A stretch of DNA of 64,000 nt from Basidiobolus meristosporus CBS 931.73. Taxonomy: Eukaryota > Fungi > Basidiobolomycota. The DNA is taken from assembly GCA_002104905.1 (NCBI GenBank), contig MCFE01000393.1, positions 18,452-82,451 on the forward strand, in the 5' to 3' direction. Under the pieces are notes generated by a model that worked only from the letters and a program-made list of their open reading frames with translations, searched no databases and had not been told where the DNA came from. Numbering within the stretch: position 1 is the first letter of the stretch; each line of letters starts with the position of its first letter. The translations under genes and the position numbers were made by a program. This document shows, one piece after another, positions 52,549 through 64,000 of this stretch.

Positions 52549-54023
52549 GTGCATACAGATCTACATTCAGGATGATATTTTCACTTCCATTTATGGTGGT
52601 TCCAGCCTTCACAAAACAGCCAAAATTGCTGCTGGAGCAAATGGGTTTTCATTTTCTATTCACTAGCACTGGATATAGCTTTTAGTGACTAATCAAGCCT
52701 GGACCTGCCAGCTCTACCATTTGAGTCATCTTCTTCTATGCCATGCAATATCATACCTGCACACCTCCATTGATTATCCTCCAGCTCCAAGGCTTGTGAA
52801 TTGGTCAATGATTGGTGCTCATTGTGCATGGCCTGTGGCAAAATAGCTCTATTTAGATTTCTTACTAGTTACACTGTCAGGTGGCTGGATAATGATTTTG
52901 GTGTGTTTCCAATCTAAATCCTGCTCAAAATCAAGGTCCCAGCTCTTGAGCAGCATCTAGATCTTGCCATCATACACTCTTTCTCACAGAGCTTTAGATG
53001 CGATCTAGGAAAGATTCTGTGCTACTGTGGCTCTAACTGGGAGTATTTTTTGTTAGGTATATGGTAAAGTACTAAATGGCAAAGTTCCCTGGGTGGCAGC
53101 AATCTAGGGACAGTTTTGCGTATGCTTTTAGGAGTAAGCTATGATCTAGCACTTGAGTATCTAAGTTAGAGCAGTTCTTAGTCATATCAATAGTTTTGTG
53201 TTTAGCCTATCAGTATATAAGCATTATCTATAAAGTCAGTAGTATTAATTAGTAGATGAAGCAACAGATCTATATCAGACAGAATTAGATATTCTAAGTA
53301 AGATCTAATTGGGTGATGGCAATGCACTCAAATGAGTTATCAATCACACCTTACATTAGGAAACAACAATTGATAGAGCACAGTGTGTATAAGGAGCTGC
53401 TAGAGCCTCACCAAAGACCAATTTGATTATTAGTGAATAAAAGACTAGCTAAACCCCCTGTTCTTGTACAACTCTTATATTAAGACTTGTATCATTGGTA
53501 GCAGCAATAACCAGAAACCTCCCTCCCAAAGAAACCAGAAGCCTTGTTCAGGCTGTCAGTAAACCAAGGGTGGAAGAATGCTATGCAGCAAATCCTGGCC
53601 CAACAGCAGGAGTTACTCCAGTTCCTCAGCCAGCAACAACAAGTAATGTCTACTATGGCCCTGAACCAGCAAAGCTCTGTCAAAAGCAGCTTCAGTGTGA
53701 AGGTCAAATGCTATCATGGTATAGTCAAGAAAGCCTGGAAACTTTGCTCTTTCAAGTTGGACAAGCTATCAAAGCTAAAGGAATTGCCCCAAAGAGCAAA
53801 TTGTAATAAATAGCATCTTACTTGGCAGATGCAGCTTTACAGCAGTACCACAGCAATATCAGATCCACTACTATGATGGAATGCTCTACTATCTCTACCT
53901 GTGATGAGTTTATGCCAAAGGTTCAGGATGCTTTCAAGCAGACACTGCTAAGAAGAAAGATGAAGACACTCAGACAGAGAGGAAGAGTGTAGGAATACAT
54001 ATATGGGTATGTTAGTATTGGCT

Positions 54024-57000
54024 TATTACAATCTACCACTTAAATGCTTAAGTTAGATCAGTTTTTAGTCAGATCAATATGTTATATGCTTAGCCTATCA
54101 GTATGTCAGTGTTATCCATCAAATCAGCAGCATTAGTCAGCATATGAATCAGCACATCCTTATCAGACAGGAATAGAATAATTAAGTAGGATCTTATTGG
54201 GTAATATTGATGCAATCAAATGAGTCCTCAGCCACAACCCACATTAGGAAATGCAATTAGTCAGCAATTGATTTGGCAAAATTGAATATTAGGAGCTGCT
54301 GGAACCTCATTTAAAATCAGATTAAGTTTTAGTGAATATAATTCTAGCTAAACTCCCTATTCCTCTGCAACTCTTGTACCAAGACTTGTAACCTTGGTAG
54401 CCACAATTACCAGAAACCTCTCTCCTAAAGAAAGAAGAAGCCTCCCTCAAGTTGTCCAAAATTAAGAATTGAAGAATGCTATGTAGCAAATCCTGGCCCA
54501 ACAGCAACAGTTACTCCAGATCCTAAGCCAGCTGCAACAATGACTGACTACCATGGCCCAAAGCCAGCAAAACCCTGTCAAGAGCAACTTTAGTGTGAAG
54601 GTCAACTGGTACCATGGTAAAGTAAATGAATACCTGTGAACTTGGCTCTTCCAGATTGAAGAAGCTTTCAAGGCTGAGGAAATTGCTCCAGAGAGCAAGT
54701 TACATTATGTGGCCTCTTACCTGGCAGACGCAGCTTTACAGTGGTACCACAACAAGATCAGGTCAGCCACCATAATGGGATGCTCTACAATCTCTACCAG
54801 GAATGGGTTTGCATTGGAAATTCAGGATGCTTTTGAACCTCCACACCAGCAGACACTACTAAGAAGAAAGCTGAAGGCATTCAGACAGTAAGGAATGGCT
54901 CAAGAGTACATATAAGAATATAGATGTCTACTTGGACAAATTGAAAGAATGGACCCCTGGATCAAGTGGAATACTTTATTGATGGGTTGAAGGAAAGCAC
55001 CTGCAAGGAAGTGAATTATCAAAGACCCAAGACTATTGAGGAAGCTATCAATATTGCCATTGACTATGACTTTGCAATGTTTGGGGTTGGAAAGCCTACA
55101 AAGACTAATCAGAGAAGGTACCATCATTACAAAAGAAGACAATCAGAAGCAGTGCAATTGGAAATTGATGCTATGCAGAAGTATTTTACCTCAGAAGAAT
55201 GTAAAAAAAAGGACTTTGCATCCATTGCCACCAGCAGGGACATATTGCAAATTACTGCCCTGACAGAAGAAATGGACACCAGCCATCAAGAACCTTGAGC
55301 CATATTGAAGCCCTTGAGCATAGCAACATGAAGGATGAACTTGAAGAAGACTGAGAACTCACCTTCCATATGACAGAAGAATACCTAGCCCAGATGATCT
55401 CAAGCTCAGGAAAGCTATTATGCTTGAATGGAGCAAGCAATGGAGTACTTGCCAAGATCATGATTGACTCAGGCGCATTGCATGAGTACATGCCAGAGCA
55501 ATTTGCTTTGGAGGCTGGATTCCACTTGGCACCCACCAAATCAACTTCAGTCTCAACAGCCAATGGGAACTCTCAAATAATCAACTGTATTACTCAGCCA
55601 GCTAGGATGAAGATCAATGACTATGAAGCAGATCTACATGCCTATATATTTGCAAACTGCAAGTTTGACCTTGTACTTGGAAGAAGCTGGCTACTGTGTT
55701 GTAATCCATCAATTAACTAGAGAATCCATGCTACTCAGATCCAGAAGGACAACATGAGCTATGAGCTATTACCTGCCGGACTAGATTTCAACCTGGTGAA
55801 CTCTAGTGTGTGTGAAACAAGTGAACTTAGCAAGACACAGTTCTGTAGAGCACTTAGAAAAGGTACCAATATGTTCCTCATGGCAGTATTACAGGATAAT
55901 TCCTCTACTCCAGTACTCCAGAAGATCCAGACTCTTTTGAAGGAATATTCAGATGTATTTCCGGATAAACTTATAAGCCTACCACCAGCAAGATATGTGG
56001 ATCATGCCATTGACACAGGATAGAGCCCCCAAGTGAATAAGACACCTTACGTAATGAGTCTACTGGAATTGGACAAGATGAAGAGACAAATAGATCAGTC
56101 ATTGGAGCAAGGATATACCTGACCCAGCAAGTCACCTTGGTGAGCACCAGCACTTTTTGTGAAGAAGAAGGATGGAACACTTAGAATGTGCATTGACTAA
56201 AGAGCCCTCAACTCAGTTACTGTGAAGAATAAGTACCCCATGCCTCAGATTGATGAGCTTTTGAACCAAGTCAATGGAGTCACTATATTCAGCAAGATTG
56301 ACCTCATGTCAGGATACAACCAGATCAGGGTGAAGCCAGAAAACATCCCTAAGACAGCATACAGGACCAGATATGAACATTACAAGTATTTAGTCATGAG
56401 TTTTGGCCATACCTATGCCCCAGCAACATTCATGGCCCTAATGCAGACTGTCTTCCAGGAGGACCTAGAGAAGTTTATTATAATCTACCTAGATGATATA
56501 TTGATATACAGCAAGACAGAAGAGGATCACTTGGTGCTCATTGAAAAGATCTTGAAGAAGCTAAGATAAAACAAGCTTTATGGCAAGCTACCCAAGTGTA
56601 AATTCTTCAAGGGACACATTAAATATCTGGGACACATAGTGACTAGCACAGGAGTGACCTTAGGCCCTAAGAAGGTTGAAGTTATCAAGAATCTGAAGCA
56701 ACCCCATAGCAAAGCAGAACTCAGATCATTCCTTGGAATGGTCCCCTACTATGAGAGATTTATCAAGTCCTTTGCAAGTATTGCAGCCCCTTTGACTAAT
56801 ATCCACAAGAAAGACAATACCTTTAAGTGGGACATAGCTTATGAGACTGCCTTTCAGACACCCAAGAATGAACTTGCTAAGGTGCCAAGCTTAAGAATAC
56901 CTGACTTCAGAAAAGAGCTTAATCTCTGCACAGATGCTTCAGATTACGGTGGAGTGTTGAGCCAAGAACACAAGGGGAAGGACTACCCAGTTAGCTTTGA

Positions 57001-58886
57001 ATCCAAGAAACTGTGCTCAGCAGAACAAGTTGATCCAGTGCATGAGAAGGAGATTCTTGCTATAATGCACTGTTGGAAGACATGGAGATGCTGTATTGAA
57101 GGAGCCATGTGCATTGTGAATACAGATCATGCATCCCTGAAGTATATATTTACTCAGAAGGTACTCTCTAGAGGAATGACAAGATGGAGTGAATGCATTC
57201 AGCAATTTAGTTTGGATACTGTCTACTGCCCTGGCAAAAACAACACGTTACTGATGCATTATCAAGATTACAGCAAGTTGCACAACTTGACTTGGTGCAT
57301 GAATCAGATTGGCCTAGCCTAATACCAAAGTACTTGGAGAACCAAGCCATTCCTAATAAGGTGGATGAAGATATCAAGATGATAATCCGGGATGAAGCCA
57401 GCAAATTGGTGGCACGGGATGAAACACTCTACCAAATTGTTGTTGGGAGCCCCATTGCCTATTGCCCTTATATTACTTGCCTGGATTTAATACATAAGCT
57501 ACACAATGGATATGGTTGTCCTGAAATTGAAGGAACCTATAGCCTTGTGGAAGCCAGAGCATGGTGGCCCAGAATGAAACAAGATATTGAGAAGCTTGGA
57601 GCCAGTAAGATCATTTATTAGATGGGGTATTGACTTTATTGAAAGACTGCCAACTACCAGGAAGTGCAATCATTGGATCCTAGTAGCAATTGACTGTACC
57701 TCCAAATGGCCAGAGGCTAAAGCAGTACCTGTAGCCTGTGAGCAAGAAGCTGCAAGTTTTACCTACCATGAGATCCTTATGAAGTTTGGATACCCTGTAG
57801 AGATTTTATCCAACAGAGGAGCAACCTTTATGGCAAAGACATTGAATGCTTACCTGGATATGCAGTACATTAGACACTTGAATGCTTTGGCATATTACCC
57901 TAGAATTAATGGAATCACTCAGCAATTTAATGGGTTATTTGGAAAAATGCTGACTAAGTATGTAAATGGAGCTGGTGGCAGATGGGATAGGTACATAGGC
58001 CAAGTACTCTTTGCATGCAGTGTTAGGGTATACAACACCACTCAACAGTTGCCATTTTACTCTGTGTATGGATGTGAACCAAGAATTCCAGGAGATCACA
58101 CACAACCAAAGCTTACAGACACCTTAGAAGATGAGCTTGGTCAGCCAAAGTGACACCAGCCGCTGGAACAAACATGTCAAGAGGCACAGGCCAAAGTAAC
58201 TCAAAGTGCAGGAAAGATGAAGCAGAGATTTGATAAGACTATGTCACCAGATGCATTGACAGAAAAGAACTTTGTATTGCTGAGAAACAATTTTTGGCAG
58301 AAGTTTGAGCTACAATGGATGGGACCTTTAAGATAATCAGAGAATGCTCATTTGCAGCTTACCAACCAGTGCACAAACAAGGGAATGTCTGGGAAGAATT
58401 AGTTCATAGGAACAGACTTAAGCTTGAAAGACTTGCTGATAATACTGAACCATCAAGATATTAGTATCACCAGAAAAGAGATTCAAGAGAACCCTCCCAA
58501 CTTTAGTAGGGAAGAATGTTATGATCTACCACTTGAATGTTTAAGTTAGATCAGGTTGTAGTCAGATCAACTGGTAATATGCTTAGCCTATCGGTATATC
58601 AGTATTATGTTTCAAATCAGTAGCATTAGTCAGCAAATGAATCAGCATATCCCTATCAGACAGGAATACATATATTAAGTAAGATCTTACTGGATGATGA
58701 TGATGCAATCAAGCAAGTCATCAGCCACAATCTGCATTAGGAACTACATTTAATCAGCAATTGATCTGACAAAAATGTATATAAGGAGCTGCTGGAACCT
58801 CAATAAAGATCAGTTCAAGTTTTGGTGAGTACAATACCAGGTAAACTCCCTATTCCTCTACAATTCTTGTACCAAGACTTGTAACA
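54024..58886 (+). mobile_element. Full-length degenerate Ty3/gypsy copy (element 2) nested in the gag of element 1
   Basis: Two 370-bp LTRs (54024-54393 and 58517-58886), PBS TTGGTAGCC, PPT TAGTAGGGAAGAA. Gag, protease (IMIDSGA), RT (IIYLDDILIYS), RNase H and integrase remnants. Confidence 0.93.
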
Positions 58887-60261
58887 AGTATAAATGTCTA
58901 CTTTAGTGGATTAAATGAATAGACCCTGTTGATCAAGTAACACATTATTTGTAGGTTGAAAAAAAGTACTTGCAAGGAGTTACATAAATGAAGACCTAAG
59001 ACTACTGAAGATTTCACTGAGACTATCAATAACTATGACTCAGCCATGTTTGGATTTGGAAAGCCTACAGTGACTAATCTGAGAAGCTACAAACACTACA
59101 AAAGTAGACAATCTGAAGCAACACCAATGGAAATAGATGCTATGTAGAAGAACCCTACCTCAGCATAATGCAAGAAGAAAGGACTTAGTCTCATTTGCCA
59201 TCAGCATGGCCACATCTCAAGGTACTGCCCTTGGGAAGAAATGGCCACTAGCTAACAAGAATCTTCAACCATATTGAAGCCTAAGAACAAAGCAAACTGG
59301 TAGATGTACATGAAGACAACTCAGAAATCACTTTCCAAGTGACATAAGATTACTTATCCAAAATGACCTCAAACTCTTGGAAACTGTTGAACTTGAATGG
59401 GGTGATCCATGGAGTACCTGCTAAGATCATGATCAGCTCAGGAGACTCAGAAGCATCACACAAGTATATGTTAGAACAACATGCCTAGAAAGTAGGAATC
59501 AACTAGGAACCTACCAAATCAACTTCAAATTCAATTGCTGATGAGAACTTTCAAATAATCAACTGTGTTACTTAGTAAGCAAGAATAAAGATCATTCACT
59601 GTGGGAAAGACCTACAGGCCTACATATTTGGAACTAAAAGCTTAATCTGGCACTTGCAAAGGAAGATGGTTATTCAGCAATAATCCATCAATCTGTTGGA
59701 GATCCTATGCTTCTCAGATACAAAAGGGTAACCAAACCTATGAGCTACTACCTGCCACAGTGTGTTTCAACTTGGCCAGTTCCAGTGTGTTGGATACAAG
59801 TGAACTTATCAAGGCACAGCTCTGTAGAGCACTTAGGAATGGTACAAGTATGTTGCTTATGGCAGTATTACAGGATGATTCCATTACCACAGCTCCCCAG
59901 GGAGTCCAGATTCTCTTGAATGAGTACGCAAATGTGTTTACAGGAGAGCTTGCAAATTTACTACCAGTCAGAGAAGTGGATCATGCTATTAAAACAGGCA
60001 ATAGCCCCCAGAAAGTAAGACACCTTACTAGATGAGTATATTGCAAGTGGAAGAAATGAAGAAACAAGTTGATAAGCTATTGGAGTAGGATATATCAGGC
60101 CCAGCATGTCACCTTGGAGAGCACCCCTGCTTTTTTTGAAGAAGAAGGATGGAATACTTAGGATATGCATTGACCACAGAGCCCATAATTTAGTCATTTT
60201 AAAGTATTGGGTACCCCATACTTTGGATTGATGAGCTTTTACACCAACTCAATGAAGCCAC

Positions 60262-60626
60262 TGTATATTGGACTATTTGGTATCATTCTGCAGCTAAAAA
60301 TCTACTTAACAATTCTGGACCAGTCTTGGTCACTGTGAGACTAATTTACAGCTCTAACTTTGCCACTTTCTTCAGATCTGTGATCTTATGATTATTCCCT
60401 TATAGTCAGGATGAAATTTGCTCTAATACTAACTATTATGTGTTAACCCTGAAACTGTTACAGAATGCTCCTGAATATTGAGAAACCCTCCTTACTTAGT
60501 GTTACAGCTGTATTACTTCTAAAAAGGTATAAATACTGAGCTTCTTTATTATTAAACAACACTTCAACTATTATCACTATGTCTTGATAAGGTCCTTATA
60601 TCCAAATCACTTCTTAAATTGCAACA
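60262..60626. mobile_element. Solo LTR (family C, 365 bp) inserted in the RT of gypsy element 1
   Basis: TGTAT...GCAACA with an exact 5-bp TSD GCCAC. Removing it rejoins DELLHQLNEAT with TFSKID. Confidence 0.9.
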
Positions 60627-62534
60627 GCCACCACATTCAGCAAGATTGATTGTATGTCATGATGCAACCAGAAATGGGTGATACCTAATGGCATCCCTAA
60701 GACAACACTCAGGATCAGATATTCATTACAATTTCTTACTCATGAGCTTGGCCTTACCAATGCCCTTGCAATACTCATGATCTTGATGCAAACCATCCTA
60801 CAGTATTATTTAGATATGTTTGCAAGAATCTACCTAGATGTCATGTTGACATACAGCAAGACAGATGAGGACCACTTGGTGCACATTGAAAAGGTTTTGA
60901 GGAAGCTAACAGAGAATAATCAACACACCAAGCTAGCAAAGTGTGAATACTTCAAGGAACAAATGGTAACTTGTCAAACACTTTGCAAGTATTGCAGCCC
61001 CTCTTACAGATATTCCCATGAAAGACAGCTTCTTGAAGTGGGCACAAGCCAGTGAAACTGTATTTCTGATGCTCAGGTATGAACCTGTCAAGCCACCAAG
61101 CTTGAAGATACCTGATTTAACAAAAGTGTTGACTCTCTGCACAGATGCTTCAGATTATGCAATTGATAGAGTACTGATCCAAGAACATATGGGACAGAAG
61201 GAGTATCCAGTTGCTTTTGGATCCAAGAAAGTCAACTCTGCAGAACAAAACTATAGAGTGCATGATTAGGAGATGCTTGCCACATTACACTGCCTAAAGA
61301 CATGGAGATCCTACATTGAAGGAGTCAAATTCACTGTGAACACTGACCCCACCTCACTCAAGTATATATTTACTCAGAAGGTACTATCCAGAAGAATGAC
61401 AAGATGGAGTGAATACATTCAGCAACTTGACTTGGAGATTGTCTACTGCTCTGGGAAAAACAACATGGTTGCTGATGCCCTATCAAGACTAGAACAAGTG
61501 GCACAACTCAATTTGGTGCATGAATCAGATTGGCCTAGCTTATTACCACAATACTTGGAGGACTAAGCCATTCCTAATGAGGTGGATGAATAGATAAAGA
61601 AGATAATCCAGGATGAAGCCAGCAAATTTGTTGTACAGGATGAAACACTCAACTGAATTGTTGATGGAAGCCCTTTTGCCTATTGTCCTTATGTTGCTTG
61701 CCTGGATTTAATACATAGGCTACACAATGGATATGGACATCTTGGGATTGAAGGAGCCTATAGCCTTGTGAAAGCCAGAGCATGGTGGCCCAGAATGAAA
61801 CAAGATATTGAGAAGCTAGTGAAAACATGCCCAAACTGCCAAATCAATCAAGGCCAGCCACAAAGAATTAACAAACTCTTCCCTTTGGAGCCTGTAAGAC
61901 CATTTGAGAGATGGGGAATGGACTTTTTTGGAAGACTGCCTACCACCGGGAAATGCAACAATTGGATCCTAGTAGGAATTGACCATGCCGCTAAATGGCC
62001 AGAAGCCAAAGCTGTACCAATAGCCAGTGAACAAGAAGTTGCAAGTTTCATTTACCATGAGATCCTGATGAAGCCTTGATGCCCTGTGGAGATCTTATCT
62101 GATAGAGGAGCAAACTTTATGGCAAAGACATTAGAGGCTGACCTGGAAATGCAGCTGATTAAACACTTGAAAACCTTGGCATATCACCCCAGAACTGATG
62201 GAGTCACTGAGTGCTTTAATGGATTATTTGGAAAAATGCTCACCAAGTATGCAAATGGAGCTGTCAGTAGATGGGATGAGTGTATAGATCAAGCACTTCT
62301 TGCCTGCAGAGTTCAAGTGCACAACACTACCCAACAATCACCATATTACTTAGTGTATGGATGTGAACCAAGGATTTTCAGGAGATCTCACACAACCCAA
62401 GCTTACAGATGCCTTTGAAGATGAACTTAGTCAGCCCAGTAGACACCAGCAATTGAAACACAGACAACAAGAGGCACAGGCCAACGTATCTCAAAGTGCA
62501 GATAAGATGAAGCAGAGATTTAATAAGACTATAG

Positions 62535-64000
62535 TGTTACAAGTCTCGGTATAAGAGTTGTAGAGGAATAGGGAGTTTAGCTAGTATTGTATTCACTAAA
62601 ACTTGAACTGATTTTTATTGAGGTTCCAGCAGCTCCTTATATACATTTTGCCAGATCAATTGCTGACTAATTGTATTTCCTAATGTAGGTTGTGGCTGAT
62701 GACTCATTTGATTGCATCATCATCACCCAATAAGATCCTACTTAATATATCTATTTCTGTCTGATAAGTATCTGCTGATTCATTTGCTGACTAATGCTAC
62801 TGATTTAATAGATAATACTGATATACTGATAACCTAAAAAATATACTAGTTGATTTGACTAAAAACTGATCTAACTTAAACATTCAAGCGGCAGATCATA
62901 ACATTCTCCCCTACTAAAGTTGAGAGGGTTCTCCTGAATCTCTTTTCTTGTGATACCAATATCTTGATGGTTCAGTATTGTCAGCAAGTCTTGCAAGCTT
63001 GAGTCTGTCCCTATGCACTAAGTCTTCCCGGATATTACCTTGTTTGTCCACCAGTTGGTAAGTTGCAAATGGACATTCTCTGATGATCTTAAATGGTCCT
63101 GTCCATTGTGGCTCAAACTTCTTCCGAGTGTTGTTTCTTAGCAATACAAAGTTTCCAACTGTCAATGCTTCTGGTGCTATAGTCTTATCAAATCTCTGCT
63201 TCATCTTTTCTGCACTTTGAGATACTTTGGTCTGTGCCTCTTGACGTCTTTGTTCCAGTTGCTGGTGTCTACTTGGCTGACTGAGTTCATCTTCTAAGGT
63301 GTCTGTAAGCTTTGGTTGTGTGAGATCTCCTGGAATTCTTGGTTCACATCTATAAACTAAGTAAAATGGTGATTGCTGGGTGGTGTTGTGTACTCGGACT
63401 CTGCATGCAAAGAGTGCTTGGTCTATATACTCATCCCATCTACTGACAACTCCATTTGCATACTTGGTCAGCATTTTTCCAAATAATCCATTAAACCGCT
63501 CAGTGACTCCATTAGTTCTGGGGTGATATGCCGAGGTTTTCAAGTGTCTGATCTGCTGCATTTCCAGGTAAGCCTCTAATGTCTTTGCCATAAAGTTTGC
63601 TCCTCTATCGGATAAGATCTCCACAAGGCATCCAAACTTCATCATAATCTCATGGTAAATGAAACTTGCAACTTCTTGTTCACTGGCTATTGGTACAGCT
63701 TTAGCAACTGGCCATTTAGTGGCATGGTCAATTGCTACTAGGATCCAACGGTTGCATTTCCTGGTAGTTGGTAGTCTTCCAATAAAGTCAATTCCCCATC
63801 TCTCAAATGGTCTTACAGGCTCCAAAGGGAAGAGTTTGGCAATTCTTTGTGGCTGGCCTTGATTGATTTGGCAGTTTGGGCATGTTTTCACTAGCTTCTC
63901 AATATCTTGTTTCATTCTGGGCCACCATGCTCTGGCTTTCACAAGGCTATAGGTTCCTTCAATCCCAAGATGTCCATATCCATTGTGTAGCCTATGTATT
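62535..64000 (-). mobile_element. Youngest Ty3/gypsy copy (element 3): 3' LTR plus intact integrase; runs off the window
   Basis: LTR 62535-62903 homologous to the 370-bp LTRs, PPT TAGTAGGGGAGAA. Uninterrupted 342-aa ORF with WWPRM...CPNC, WGIDFIG, ILSDRG, TERFN and WTGPF. Confidence 0.95.

Larger units (their letters stand above)
53051..62534 (+). mobile_element. Oldest Ty3/gypsy copy (element 1), host of two nested insertions and cut at 62534 by a third
   Basis: 5' LTR 53051-53494 followed by PBS TTGGTAGCAG. Gag 53580-54005 resumes at 58887. Decayed protease, RT, RNase H (LCTDASDYAI) and integrase (PFERWGMDFFG). Confidence 0.88.

Noticed and set aside
30400-62500. Classical Neurospora-type RIP (CpA->TpA)
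   Set aside because: CA and TG are abundant and TA is not conspicuously enriched. The aligned changes I could read are concentrated at CpG.

Overview
Eukaryotic fungal DNA with short GT-AG introns. The gene set (NoxB, SreA, CBM19, PRMT3, fungal-type NCBP2) suggests an early-diverging fungus, possibly Basidiobolus-like (inference). The window has two sharply different halves. From 1 to ~30.3 kb it is gene-dense, with about 20 genes: a CBM19 protein, an SSU1-like TDT transporter carrying a 1-nt frameshift, NCBP2, MED6, SreA GATA repressor, a SulP transporter lacking STAS, NoxB, pICln, IST1, a steroid 5-alpha-reductase family protein, a WW protein, a 64-aa all-Cys RING, an intronless sugar-phosphate nucleotidyltransferase, a mitochondrial glutamate-type carrier, a 7TM-like protein, PRMT3 and an uncharacterised secreted protein. 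From ~30.4 kb to the end I found no host genes. That half is a CpG-depleted nest of transposons: CACTA-type remnants, a copia inserted into a CACTA and itself hit by three solo LTRs (one nested in another), a CCCT-ended MITE, a second copia remnant, two ~364-bp solo LTRs and three nested Ty3/gypsy copies of one family. Those three copies record stepwise CG->TG/CA decay. No rRNA, tRNA or CRISPR array was recognised. Exon boundaries were read by eye, and identities are visual estimates, not computed.
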